NCBI GenBank assembly: GCA_041674405.1
Contig: JBAYVT010000002.1
Coordinates: 23,158-87,157 of the forward strand
Source: Patescibacteria group bacterium
GTDB taxonomy: Bacteria; Patescibacteriota; UBA1384; XYA2-FULL-43-10
Direction: 5' to 3'
DNA: 64,000 bases
How positions within the stretch are numbered: the stretch's first letter is position 1; each line of letters opens with the position of its first letter. The notes beneath the pieces were generated by a model. That model did not search any database, was not told the DNA's origin, and saw nothing but the letters and a program-made list of their open reading frames with translations. Shown here piece by piece: positions 1-10,601 of this stretch. Both the position numbers and the translations under genes were made by a program.

Positions 1-299
1 ACATTCCATGGGCGCACAAGCATGTTTGTAAAAAAACCATTCCAGATATCTTCTCCCAGATACAAAGAATCTGTTACCTCTATCCGGTAAATAAATGAGG
101 TAATCAAATAATAGGTGACCGTGCTTTTTAGTGAATAGCTCGCAATTTCGGCAGTCCCGGCAGTTGCATAAACCGATTTCCAAACAAGAAAGAAAATAAT
201 AAAAAAAACCATGTTAAAAAAGATCGACAAAGTAAAATCGGTCTTGTAGGCGGTGAAGCCTTTAAATTCAGTTAAAAAATGGAAATAATATTTCCTCAT
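1..299 (-). CDS. Partial hypothetical membrane protein (N-terminal part; continues past window start)
   Basis: Reverse-strand reading from ATG (rc of 297-299) gives MRKYYFHFLTEFKGF... with a hydrophobic segment FFNMVFFIIFFLVW, open to position 1. No family recognised. Confidence 0.3.
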   Translation of the reverse strand, partial: MRKYYFHFLTEFKGFTAYKTDFTLSIFFNMVFFIIFFLVWKSVYATAGTAEIASYSLKSTVTYYLITSFIYRIEVTDSLYLGEDIWNGFFTNMLVRPWN

Positions 300-393
300 A
301 TTATCATTTTAGCACTATTAATGAGCTAGATTAATTAAGGTTAGCAAAAGATTAACTTGCCAATGCCGACGACTCCAACATCATAATCTAGCT

Positions 394-1338
394 TTATTTT
401 TCCCCTTTGCTTTCTTTCGTGCTAGCTGCTTTTGGGATCTCGGGTTTCTTAAGAGGGGCGGCTGGCTGCAGTTGGACTGGAGATTGGGGAATGTTCACTG
501 GCGCCGTTTGCTGTTTCTGGCCGGGCAAAAATGCAGAGACGATAATCAGGATAAGCCCAACTGCAAATAAACCCCCGCCTTCGGCCAAATAGAAAATGAA
601 AAAATCAGACCTAAATTTATTATAAAGATCCTGTACTAGACTGGCAAATTCTTTAATTTCAGTCATTCCGAGATTTGGCGTTGGTATATATCTTAATAAC
701 AATGATGCAAGCAATGTCAAGATGCCAAAAATCAAAAGGGCGATCCCTGGGATTCGCAATTTTCCTTTCCAGTTTGGCCACATTGCTGCCGAAAGGAGCA
801 ACAAGAGAGTCACTATTCCCAAATAAAGCGGTGCTGTGACATGGCGTTTGCCGATGATTTTTTGCGCCTGCTCCAACTCCGGTGGAACTGGGATAACATA
901 TTTTTCCTTAATTTGATTGATGAATTCTGAGTCTTGGGATGAAAGTTTTTGGATAGAGAAAGCCTGTTTGATAAGCGACAAGTCGATCGTCATCGTCTTG
1001 CTTCCTTTGTCGAGAACATTATTGAAGATCTCGTTTATGTTGTTTTCAACAGTAGTTTTGACTATCTCCGGGGAAATCATTGACATTACATGGGCTATAT
1101 ATTCATCACTTTGAGGTCCAGAATCCATGTTTTGATCCCCACCTTCCTTTTGTGCCAGATAATTCGTGATGGTGCGTGGATCAATTTTCATTAAACGGTT
1201 ATAAAAATCAACCTTTTCGAATGCGTTTTTATAGTATGTAGGACTTAATATTGTCCGCTCGGAATTAAAATAAAACAGTGCTGCCGGAAAAGTCAGGATA
1301 AATATAACCAAGAGCAAAATCGATAGAAATTTACGCAT
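394..1338 (-). CDS. Hypothetical membrane protein (N-terminal TM, internal TM pair, Pro/Lys-rich C-tail)
   Basis: 314-aa ORF with hydrophobic helices (LLLVIFILTFPAALFYF; LYLGIVTLLLLLSAAMW; GIALLIFGILTLLASLLL) and a low-complexity C-terminus. No recognisable catalytic motif. Confidence 0.45.
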   Translation of the reverse strand: MRKFLSILLLVIFILTFPAALFYFNSERTILSPTYYKNAFEKVDFYNRLMKIDPRTITNYLAQKEGGDQNMDSGPQSDEYIAHVMSMISPEIVKTTVENNINEIFNNVLDKGSKTMTIDLSLIKQAFSIQKLSSQDSEFINQIKEKYVIPVPPELEQAQKIIGKRHVTAPLYLGIVTLLLLLSAAMWPNWKGKLRIPGIALLIFGILTLLASLLLRYIPTPNLGMTEIKEFASLVQDLYNKFRSDFFIFYLAEGGGLFAVGLILIIVSAFLPGQKQQTAPVNIPQSPVQLQPAAPLKKPEIPKAASTKESKGEK

Positions 1339-1442
1339 AACCCCTCAACTTTCTAGTCCTTAGATAGTAGTCCTTAGTCTATTTTATCACTCAGGCTATT
1401 TGTTTGCTACATTACAGACTATGAACAACCGGCTTCGGACTC

Positions 1443-1477
1443 GCACTTAATTCTGGACGCAAGTCCAGATTAAGTGC
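1443..1477. promoter_or_regulatory. Near-perfect 15/16-bp inverted repeat (GCACTTAATTCTGGAC-gcaa-GTCCAGATTAAGTGC) in the divergent intergenic region between the membrane protein and eno
   Basis: Read directly from the sequence. It lies in the shared upstream region of two divergent genes, so it is a candidate operator site or hairpin. Confidence 0.35.
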
Positions 1478-1586
1478 TATATTACCAAAGTGACGATCAC
1501 ATTTTTGATCGTAATTGCGAATCCCGAGCCCGTCGAGGGTGAAGCAATCTTTGCAAAGATCGCCACGGCTTATAGCCTCGCGATGA

Positions 1587-2894
<1,308 letters not shown>

Positions 2895-2910
2895 CACCGA
2901 AAAGGTGACT

Positions 2911-3573
2911 ATGCAGCCACGAGACGATAAATTCATCTACACCGACGGAATCGACTATTCCAAGACGTCTGCGGATTCCGTTTGGGGAACTGAAGAGAAA
3001 ATCACGTCGAAAATTATTGACGAAACTGTTACTTCAGGAAAATGGCTAAATCTTTGTGCTGGCGATGGACGGTTCAACAATCGCCTTCTTTCACTCGCCA
3101 ATCAGGTTATCGCAGCAGATATTGATGAAAGCGCATTAGAAAAATTGACAAGAATCACGCCAAAAGAGTTGGAAAAAAAACTTAAGACAAAGATACTGAA
3201 TGTGACCGAGAAATTTCCATTCAAAGATGCGGAGTTTGACGGAATATTCTGCTCCGGCACATTACACCTGTTCCCTGAGGATATTCTTCGCAAAATCTTC
3301 AATGAAATGGATCGGGTGCTAAAGCCAAATGGTAAAATAGTCATTGATTATGCAGCCGATATTCGAAGAGAATACCCGAACGGTTCGCTCTGGGTAATCG
3401 AAAACGAGCCCAATTATTCTCTCAAAGACGCCAAAGAATTGCTTTCAAAAATGTTTTCAAACTATTTAGTGGAAATGTTCGCTGACAAATCAGAGCCAGA
3501 AAGAGTGTCGTTTAACAACAAAGAATATCAATTTTCCTCCAATTTCATTTTAATCAGAGCACGGAAAAAATGA
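2911..3573 (+). CDS. Class I SAM-dependent methyltransferase (unknown substrate)
   Basis: Glycine-rich motif I (LNLCAGDGRF) and the VLKPNGKIVI motif of the Rossmann-fold MTase. Start chosen at ATG 2911 after an AAAGGTG SD, because the longer ORF would overlap eno. The stop overlaps the gpmI start (ATGA). Confidence 0.65.
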   Translation: MQPRDDKFIYTDGIDYSKTSADSVWGTEEKITSKIIDETVTSGKWLNLCAGDGRFNNRLLSLANQVIAADIDESALEKLTRITPKELEKKLKTKILNVTEKFPFKDAEFDGIFCSGTLHLFPEDILRKIFNEMDRVLKPNGKIVIDYAADIRREYPNGSLWVIENEPNYSLKDAKELLSKMFSNYLVEMFADKSEPERVSFNNKEYQFSSNFILIRARKK

Positions 3574-5057
3574 CCAAGCCAAAAGTCATTTTAATCATTT
3601 TGGATGGGTGGGGAATCGGCGAAAAGGATGAAGATAACGCCATTCACCTCGCTAAGACTCCTAATTTCGATAAACTCTGGGAGTCTTTTTCTCATGGCAA
3701 GATAAAGACCTCCGGCGTTGCTGTTGGTTTGCCGGCAGGGCAAATGGGCAATTCCGAAGTAGGCCACCTAACTATCGGCTCCGGTAGAGTAATTGATACT
3801 GATCTTGTCAAAATTTCTAAATCGGCAGAAAGAGGAGAGTTCTCCGCAAATCACGCATTTAAATCCGTATTTGACCATGTGAAAAAGTATGATAGCATCT
3901 TACACATTCAAGGTTTGATCGGTCCAGGTGGCGTTCATTCTCATTCCAACCATTTACTTGCAATCCTCAAGGCAGCAAAAGCTACGGGCATTGAAAAAAT
4001 TGCACTCCATGCATTTACCGATGGCCGCGACACAGACGCCAAAAGTGCGAACAAATATCTAAAAGAGTTAGAAAATGCTATTGAGGAAATCGGCGTTGGC
4101 TTTATAGCTACGGCAGTCGGCCGGTTTTATGCCATGGATCGCGATGATAATTGGGATCGTTTGAAAGTTGCCGAGGATGCGATCTTCGGCGGAGTTGCAA
4201 AAACGGTTGTCCGTAAAAAACCATCCGAAATTATGGAGGAATTATATGAATCAGGCATCACCGATGAACATATCGAACCGCACATTTTTCTAGATGAAAA
4301 AGGCAATGGTTATAAAATTGGAAAAAATGACGGTGTCATATTTATTAATTTCCGCGCTGATAGAGCCAGAATGTTTTCGAAAAAAATTCTCGAAAAACAG
4401 GAGGAACTCAATCTGTTTTTTGTCACTATGACTGACTACGGCAAAGATATTGATAGCGTCATCGCTTTCCCGCCAGATAACATTGAAGATACTTTGGCCG
4501 ATATTATTTCTGAAAATAATCTTACCCAATCTCACATTGCTGAGACCGAAAAATTTGCGCATGCAACCTATTTTCTAAACGGCGGCGTCGAAGATGAACA
4601 CAAAGACGAAAAGTTTATTCTGATCGAGAGCCGCAAAGATATAAAAACCCATGACCTTGCTCCCGGCATGCGAGCTTCTGAAATTGCTGATACAACCGTC
4701 GAAGAAATTCAGAAGGGGAGAGATTTTATCTTCGTAAACTTCGCCAATCCCGACATGGTCGGCCACACAGCGGTAAAAAAAGCGGTTATTGAAGCAATTG
4801 AGACAACCGACCGAGAGCTCGGAAAACTGGTAGAGACAGCACAAGAAAAAAAGTATGAGATCGTCATATCCGCCGATCATGGAAATGCCGAAGCTCCCGA
4901 TACTGCCCACACTGTGAATCCCGTCCCCTTGATCTATATTGGCGAAAAGTATTCTAAAGTATCTAATGGCGCCCTTTCCGACATTGCGCCAACAGTTCTT
5001 CAACTTCTCGAAATCAATAAGCCCTCGCGTATGACCGGTAAGGGCTTATTGAATTAA
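3570..5057 (+). CDS. gpmI: 2,3-bisphosphoglycerate-independent phosphoglycerate mutase
   Basis: MTKPKVILIILDGWGIG...NSEVGHLTIGSGR...FANPDMVGHT...SADHGNAE are iPGM hallmarks. Confidence 0.9.
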   Translation: MTKPKVILIILDGWGIGEKDEDNAIHLAKTPNFDKLWESFSHGKIKTSGVAVGLPAGQMGNSEVGHLTIGSGRVIDTDLVKISKSAERGEFSANHAFKSVFDHVKKYDSILHIQGLIGPGGVHSHSNHLLAILKAAKATGIEKIALHAFTDGRDTDAKSANKYLKELENAIEEIGVGFIATAVGRFYAMDRDDNWDRLKVAEDAIFGGVAKTVVRKKPSEIMEELYESGITDEHIEPHIFLDEKGNGYKIGKNDGVIFINFRADRARMFSKKILEKQEELNLFFVTMTDYGKDIDSVIAFPPDNIEDTLADIISENNLTQSHIAETEKFAHATYFLNGGVEDEHKDEKFILIESRKDIKTHDLAPGMRASEIADTTVEEIQKGRDFIFVNFANPDMVGHTAVKKAVIEAIETTDRELGKLVETAQEKKYEIVISADHGNAEAPDTAHTVNPVPLIYIGEKYSKVSNGALSDIAPTVLQLLEINKPSRMTGKGLLN

Positions 5058-5069
5058 CTATCTCAAGAA

Positions 5070-5240
5070 TTATTCTACCTGCTTATTTGCGGCTTTTTTC
5101 TCCTGGCAACCGCAGGTGCAATCCGGGCCACATGTACAACAATGGATACATGTAGGCTCTTCATGACACGAACATTTTGCATTCTCATCTAGAGGCATAC
5201 CGCATGCCACACACTTTTCCGGTTCACTAGATTCTGACAT
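5070..5240 (-). CDS. Small Cys-rich protein (56 aa, 13 Cys; metallothionein-like or zinc-ribbon-like)
   Basis: Manual translation of the reverse strand gives MSESSEPEKCVACGMPLDENAKCSCHEEPTCIHCCTCGPDCTCGCQEKKAANKQVE. An AAAGGAG SD sits 5 nt upstream. It is below the ORF-track size cutoff. Confidence 0.4.
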   Translation of the reverse strand: MSESSEPEKCVACGMPLDENAKCSCHEEPTCIHCCTCGPDCTCGCQEKKAANKQVE

Positions 5241-5340
5241 ATTTCTCCTTTACCCCGAGCGAAGTCGAGGGGTTTGCCCCGAGCCTGCCTGCCGACAGGC
5301 AGGTAAAATCGAGGGGTTTTTAATTGCGACTTAATTTTAT
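5241..5340 (-). promoter_or_regulatory. Structured GC-rich spacer between the SET gene and the Cys-rich ORF
   Basis: Contains an 8-bp stem CCTGCCTG-ccga-CAGGCAGG, a GGGG-ttt-g-CCCC hairpin, and duplicated CCCCGAGC / TCGAGGGG words. Confidence 0.3.
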
Positions 5341-5730
5341 CTAATTCCGCAAGAAAAAACCACGGCAATTCTCACTACCGCAATTGCATGGCATCTTTTC
5401 TCCGCCCTGTTCTGTTTTATTGTAATCACAAGTAATTTCATCACCGGTGGAAATTGGTTTTAAGGCATTTAGACAAACTTCATCTCCAAGAATCAGTTCC
5501 GCTTTCGGATCGCAAGAATGGTTCATATAGTTCAAAATTTCCGGATCGTCTACAAATTTATTTTTACCAATTTTTGCGTATCCAGACTTTGGTTTCGAAT
5601 GAATATTATCCATCGGCACATCATAAAATTTTTTTCCAGCAGCAATATTCTCTGTCGCAAAAATTCCAATGCCATGGATTTTACTTTGAGCTTTTTTCAT
5701 CGATAAGCCGTTCTGTATATCCTGAATCAA
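5341..5730 (-). CDS. SET-domain protein (putative protein lysine methyltransferase) with a post-SET Cys cluster
   Basis: GIGIFATENIAAGKKF (N-SET), NHSCDPKA (NHSCxPN), GDEITCDY (ELxxDY) and post-SET CNCGSENC. The alternative start MKKAQSK at 5700 reduces the overlap with the upstream gene. Confidence 0.7.
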   Translation of the reverse strand: MIQDIQNGLSMKKAQSKIHGIGIFATENIAAGKKFYDVPMDNIHSKPKSGYAKIGKNKFVDDPEILNYMNHSCDPKAELILGDEVCLNALKPISTGDEITCDYNKTEQGGEKMPCNCGSENCRGFFLRN

Positions 5731-6331
5731 TTAATTCGCGAAAAGCTTTCAGGACCTTGTTGGGTACATCCTGATAAATCTGAAAACCCATTTTGGGATA
5801 TTCGATTATCCTCTGCAAATCACCAACCATAATATTTATGAGATAATCTTGCGGATAATTTTCGTCAGCATAATCAATAAAGTCAATTTTGGGCGAAGTT
5901 ACCACAAATTCCTTTCCAGGCCATTGCTTTGCAAATGTAGCGTAAGTTCTACGTTCCATATAAGGCTTCTGAACAATGATGAATGAATCAATCTTCAAAT
6001 TCTTTTTGTCCAATAATTTCCGAGTGAACTGAATATTCTCGCCAGTGTTGGTAGATTTGTTTTCGATAATAATCTTGTCTTTCGAAACTCCCATGCCAAT
6101 AGCGATGTCGGCAAAAATTTCTGCTTCAGATTTTTCAAAAGACCGCACGCCGTGACTACCTGAGAATATTAGCAAAGGAGCATATTTATCAAGAAACAGA
6201 TCGGCGGCTCTTTTGGCTACACGTTTGTCATGAGACCCCAAAGCCAAAATAGCGTCAGCTTTTTTAAGCTTCTGATTCATCAACATGTAATCCCAAATTA
6301 TTTGGGCATTCTCGATAATTTCTGCAGGCAT
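5681..6331 (-). CDS. DUF218 / YdcF-ElyC-like protein
   Basis: ILALGSHDKRV...STNTGENIQFTRKLL resembles the YdcF/SanA DUF218 core. Confidence 0.5.
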   Translation of the reverse strand: MPAEIIENAQIIWDYMLMNQKLKKADAILALGSHDKRVAKRAADLFLDKYAPLLIFSGSHGVRSFEKSEAEIFADIAIGMGVSKDKIIIENKSTNTGENIQFTRKLLDKKNLKIDSFIIVQKPYMERRTYATFAKQWPGKEFVVTSPKIDFIDYADENYPQDYLINIMVGDLQRIIEYPKMGFQIYQDVPNKVLKAFRELIDSGYTERLIDEKSSK

Positions 6332-7516
6332 TTATTGTTTTAATTTGCCGCCCTTTATTCCCATCTTCGAGGAATTAAGGCCAGACAAGAGAGCTGATTT
6401 AAATGTATGGGTGAAATCTTTCTTTGCCGCGTGCTTCTCTTCAGCAAATTTAATAAGCTTTGATAAAAGATCGTGGAGTGGCACTCCGCTTTTCTCCCAG
6501 AGGTGGTGATAAACGGTGCCAGGCAGGGGATTGATCTCATTTGCAAAAACTTCGTTAGTTTTTTTATCAAGAAGAAAATCGACCCGGGCAATCCCACAAC
6601 AACCAACAGAAGTATATACTTTTTTCGCCATTTCCTGAATCTTCTTTGTCATTCCCCTATCAAGGCGCGCAGGGATTACCAGCCCCGATTCCGCTTTCCC
6701 GAGCTGTGCGCCACCATCTTTTAGGTACTTTTCCTCGAAATCAAAAAGTTCTGCCTGAAAAACAGATTCTTGCAGTTCTGAAGCCGTTAAATCATCGTTG
6801 CCAATAATGCAGCAAGTCACATCCATAAGGTTGTCGACCCCCTCTTCAACCAAGACTTTGTCATCGTAATAAAGCGCGACTTCAATTTTATTTTCTAGAT
6901 CCTTCTCATCCTTCACTTTCGCAATGCCGATTGAGGATCCAAGATGTACGGGTTTCACAAAAACCGGCCATTTCATTTTTTGGATTCGATCGACAATGAA
7001 TTTTTTATTCGAATCCCAATCTTTTTTACGGAAAACTCCATATTTAGTTGTCGGAATTCCATTTACTTCACAAAGTTGCTTGGTAAGTGCTTTATCCATT
7101 GAAATTGCCGAGGACGCCACATCACAACCGACGTAGGGAACATCCAACATCTCAAACAATCCCTGTATTGTCCCATCCTCGCCATATGCTCCATGAAAAG
7201 CCGGAAAAGCGAGATCGATTGTGATCGATTTCCCAACAATCCCCTTTTTCTTAAAGACCATTTTCCCGCGCGAATTCTGAAGGTCGAGAAGGTATTGTTT
7301 GAAGGAGGTTTTTTCTTCTATCCTCACCTTGGGATCGGTAAAACTGGCAAGTTTGCCCAAAGATTCATCAATCATCCATTCACCATCGCGCGTGATATAT
7401 ACTGGAACTACATCATACCCTAGTCCACAAAGTCCGGAAATTATCAACTGGCCGGTAATAATTGAAACATCGTGCTCGGTACTCCGGCTGCCAAAGAATA
7501 CACCAATTGTTTTCAT
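6332..7516 (-). CDS. ddl: D-alanine--D-alanine ligase
   Basis: KTIGVFFGSRSTEHDVSI..., FPAFHGAYGEDGTIQGLFEMLDVPYVG and an ATP-grasp C-terminal region. The start is trimmed to MKTIGVFF (ATG 7514-7516, SD AAGGAG), so the gene begins after the murF stop rather than at 7675. Confidence 0.85.
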   Translation of the reverse strand: MKTIGVFFGSRSTEHDVSIITGQLIISGLCGLGYDVVPVYITRDGEWMIDESLGKLASFTDPKVRIEEKTSFKQYLLDLQNSRGKMVFKKKGIVGKSITIDLAFPAFHGAYGEDGTIQGLFEMLDVPYVGCDVASSAISMDKALTKQLCEVNGIPTTKYGVFRKKDWDSNKKFIVDRIQKMKWPVFVKPVHLGSSIGIAKVKDEKDLENKIEVALYYDDKVLVEEGVDNLMDVTCCIIGNDDLTASELQESVFQAELFDFEEKYLKDGGAQLGKAESGLVIPARLDRGMTKKIQEMAKKVYTSVGCCGIARVDFLLDKKTNEVFANEINPLPGTVYHHLWEKSGVPLHDLLSKLIKFAEEKHAAKKDFTHTFKSALLSGLNSSKMGIKGGKLKQ

Positions 7517-7526
7517 GTTTCTCCTT

Positions 7527-8909
7527 TTAGATGTGCTGATCTCCCCAATCATTTTGAAAAAGTATAACATCACCCGGTTGTAGAATCTTGGATAATGAAT
7601 CATGCGCCGATTTCGCCGTTTCGTGCCAGATAATATTTTTATCGTCAAAACCAGCATTTTTAAGTCCTTCGGCAATATATGGGGTCGCGCTATTTTTAAT
7701 AAGAATTACCTTGTCGGCAACCGCTGATAATTTTTTGCCAATTTCGGTGTGAACATTTTTATTTTGGCTGCCGGACTCAACCAAACCAGGAGTGATGAAC
7801 AATTTACGCCTATCAGTAAATGTTGCAAGTACTTTGATTGCCTCTGTTACCCCTTGGGGGTTGCCGTTGTAGCTGTCATCAATCACAAGAACACCACCAG
7901 CACCCATGATTGGCTCAAGTCGGTGATTGACCGGTTTGATTTCGGAGATACCTCGTTTGATTTCAGCATTTTCCATACCAAGAGATTTTGCTACAAGATT
8001 GGCAGCTTGAACATCACCCAAAATGTATTCGCCCAGAATAGGAATCTCAATTTCTCCCAGCTCTGCAATCTCCGCTTTCCAGTGTAATTTGTCCACATCA
8101 AACTTTTTTGCTTTAACATCATTCGTGCTGAAGAATTTGACTTCTCTTGTACTGCAGTATTTTTCGTAATATTTTTTCACATTTTCATCATCGGCGTTTA
8201 AAAACACTCTGGCATTAGGTTTTGCATTTTCCACCGCTTCGAAAATTGTCGCGGCAATTCTCTCGATGCTGCCAATCCGCTCAAAGTGTGCCTCGTTGAT
8301 ACCGCTAATAACTTGAATATCTGGAGGAAAGATCCCGGCAATTCGTTTATTATCACCTTGATATTCTTCTCCAAATTCAACAATTAACATCTCTGAAGTT
8401 TTCTTATAATTTTTGATTATCCACGAGCTCATGCCAACAGCAGTATTGATGCTTTCACCCGGTGCCAACACCTTATATTTTTGCTTGAGCACAGATTCTA
8501 TTACGTTTTTAAGTGTAGTCTTACCGTAACTGCCGGCGATGCCGATAATTTTCAGCTTGGAATTTTTGACCAAATTCCGTGCTCGATTCATAACTATCTT
8601 CTTGGCCACATAATCAAAAGGGCTTAAAATCAGCAGCGAAAGCGTAAAATATATCGGCGCAATAAAAAACGAAATTATTATCCAGATAACGCCAGCCAAT
8701 GTCCCGAGTGTTAAAAATAGGTAGGTCGATACCGCAAAAATCGCGAACGAAAGAAGTGCCAGAAGCATTATTTTCTTTGTCCATACTAATCTTTTTCGAA
8801 GCGGTACATTTGCTTTATAAAACCCGCGGCGAAACAAAAGCCGAAAGTACCGAATTATTTCGTAATTCTCAATTTGCAAAAGATAAAGCTGATATGTAAG
8901 TGGATTCAT
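7527..8909 (-). CDS. murF: Mur ligase, likely UDP-MurNAc-tripeptide--D-Ala-D-Ala ligase, with an N-terminal TM extension
   Basis: P-loop IIGIAGSYGKTT and C-terminal VIDDSYNGNP. MurF is inferred from its position immediately upstream of ddl. About 100 aa of hydrophobic N-terminus is atypical. Confidence 0.65.
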   Translation of the reverse strand: MNPLTYQLYLLQIENYEIIRYFRLLFRRGFYKANVPLRKRLVWTKKIMLLALLSFAIFAVSTYLFLTLGTLAGVIWIIISFFIAPIYFTLSLLILSPFDYVAKKIVMNRARNLVKNSKLKIIGIAGSYGKTTLKNVIESVLKQKYKVLAPGESINTAVGMSSWIIKNYKKTSEMLIVEFGEEYQGDNKRIAGIFPPDIQVISGINEAHFERIGSIERIAATIFEAVENAKPNARVFLNADDENVKKYYEKYCSTREVKFFSTNDVKAKKFDVDKLHWKAEIAELGEIEIPILGEYILGDVQAANLVAKSLGMENAEIKRGISEIKPVNHRLEPIMGAGGVLVIDDSYNGNPQGVTEAIKVLATFTDRRKLFITPGLVESGSQNKNVHTEIGKKLSAVADKVILIKNSATPYIAEGLKNAGFDDKNIIWHETAKSAHDSLSKILQPGDVILFQNDWGDQHI

Positions 8910-9658
8910 TCTATAAATTCGTTTAGTAATTTAGTAAATTCTGCCGGCTTCTCCAAGAAACTAAAATGGCCGGCATTTTTGACAATTTCGAGACGTGAAT
9001 CTTTTATTTTTTTATGTATTACTCTTGCGTCTTCGATCGGCGTAGATTCATCATCTTCTCCCCAAACAACTAATGTCGGTGCATCAATTTTTGAAAGAAA
9101 AACGCTCAAGTCTTCGCTGATAAGATTTTTGTAGGTCTCCCTAAGTTCGGACGTTTCAAGATAGTCCTCAGAACCAATCCGTTTATAAATTAATTTTCTC
9201 AGCCCTTGCATAAACTTTGGTTTGAAAAATGGCTTGGCAATTTTTGCCATTCGATTATAATTGTCAGCCTTCGGTGATCTAATGCCTGCGCTATCGACTA
9301 GGACTAATCGAGATACCAGATCAGAATATTCAACGGAGAGTTTGATCGCAATCCGACCGCCGAATGAATGTCCGACGATAATCACTTTTTCACACCCAAG
9401 CTTGTCAATCAATCCAGCGACGACTTTTGCATAATCGGACACGGTAAAGACCGTACTTGGCTTCGGTGAAGATCCAAATCCCGGTAGATCAACAAGATAA
9501 ATTGAAAATAAATTCTGATCAATCGAGTCGGCAACATTTTTCCAAACCATGCCATCCGATCTCCAGCCATGCAAAAAAACAATGGCTTTTTTGCCAGTGC
9601 CAAATTTGTAATACGATACTAGCGTTCCACCAATATTAAGCTGCTCTTTCATAGCCAA
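8906..9658 (-). CDS. Alpha/beta-fold hydrolase
   Basis: HG oxyanion motif (VFLHGW) and nucleophile elbow GHSFGG. Confidence 0.7.
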   Translation of the reverse strand: MAMKEQLNIGGTLVSYYKFGTGKKAIVFLHGWRSDGMVWKNVADSIDQNLFSIYLVDLPGFGSSPKPSTVFTVSDYAKVVAGLIDKLGCEKVIIVGHSFGGRIAIKLSVEYSDLVSRLVLVDSAGIRSPKADNYNRMAKIAKPFFKPKFMQGLRKLIYKRIGSEDYLETSELRETYKNLISEDLSVFLSKIDAPTLVVWGEDDESTPIEDARVIHKKIKDSRLEIVKNAGHFSFLEKPAEFTKLLNEFIE

Positions 9659-9710
9659 AATTATAGCAAAAATTGGCCAAAATAGCCATTATTTATGGCA
9701 AAGAAGCAAA

Positions 9711-10130
9711 TCAAAGTTTCGTTAGATATTCGAGCACTTTTGGATGGATTGAGGTTGTAAAATATTTTGTAACTTCTGTCGGCTTTATCCACATAAGTTC
9801 TTTGAATGATTCCCCGGCTTGCTCCATCCCCTCATATGGCTCACAAAGATAATAGATCGAAAGAAATTCCTGTTTTTCCGGATAGGTTTTGGCAAAAACG
9901 ACTTCTTTAACGCGAACTTCAATTCCGGTTTTCTTTTTAACTTCTTTAATCAGACTGAATTCCAAATCTTCCTCATAACCCGGTCTGCCACCAGGAAAAC
10001 ACCATGAAAGCTTAGGAATGTTAGGGTCATTTTCACGCTTACCAATCAAAATCTTTTTTTGTTTCTCGTCGTAAACTATCGCCAACAAATTCACTACAAA
10101 TACTCCTTTTCCAAAAATATTGAAATCCAT
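9711..10130 (-). CDS. NUDIX hydrolase
   Basis: Nudix box GGRPGYEEDLEFSLIKEVKKKTG (GX5EX7REUXEEXGU). Confidence 0.75.
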   Translation of the reverse strand: MDFNIFGKGVFVVNLLAIVYDEKQKKILIGKRENDPNIPKLSWCFPGGRPGYEEDLEFSLIKEVKKKTGIEVRVKEVVFAKTYPEKQEFLSIYYLCEPYEGMEQAGESFKELMWIKPTEVTKYFTTSIHPKVLEYLTKL

Positions 10131-10592
10131 TTACTTCCTTTCTTTTGATACAAATTTTAAGATACTGATGTTTGATATTTGAAAAATTTTAACTATTTCA
10201 ACAATTATGGTTATCACTACCCCCATCATACTTAATATGATAAATATTTTTACCATAAGATCGGTCCATGAAGGTGCCGAAACAGCGGAAAAATCAAATG
10301 GATATGTCAAATACAATGCGTACATAGGCATAATTGAAATTACTGCCAAAAATATCAGTATGATATTTCTAAAGATTATTCGGTCATAGATCAGAAGAAT
10401 AGTATTCCCTAAAATTTGGGCAAAAAAATTTAGAACGAACAGCAAGATAGCGGCAATAGCTGAGTCCTTCAAAAATTTTAAATGCCAGTCAGGTAACTTG
10501 TAAAAAATTATTAGCAATATGATGTTCACTAACATTGAAAAAACGTAATCCACCTTGTGAGATTTCGCTGCTTGCTTAATCATTGTTTGCAC
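10131..10592 (-). CDS. Hypothetical multi-pass membrane protein
   Basis: Four hydrophobic helices and no catalytic motif. Confidence 0.4.
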   Translation of the reverse strand: MQTMIKQAAKSHKVDYVFSMLVNIILLIIFYKLPDWHLKFLKDSAIAAILLFVLNFFAQILGNTILLIYDRIIFRNIILIFLAVISIMPMYALYLTYPFDFSAVSAPSWTDLMVKIFIILSMMGVVITIIVEIVKIFQISNISILKFVSKERK

Positions 10593-10601
10593 TATAGCAC
10601 A

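Noticed and set aside
7517-7675. 53-aa N-terminal extension of the ddl ORF
   Set aside because: The extension would overlap the murF 3' end. Conserved Ddl begins at MKTIGVFF with its own SD.
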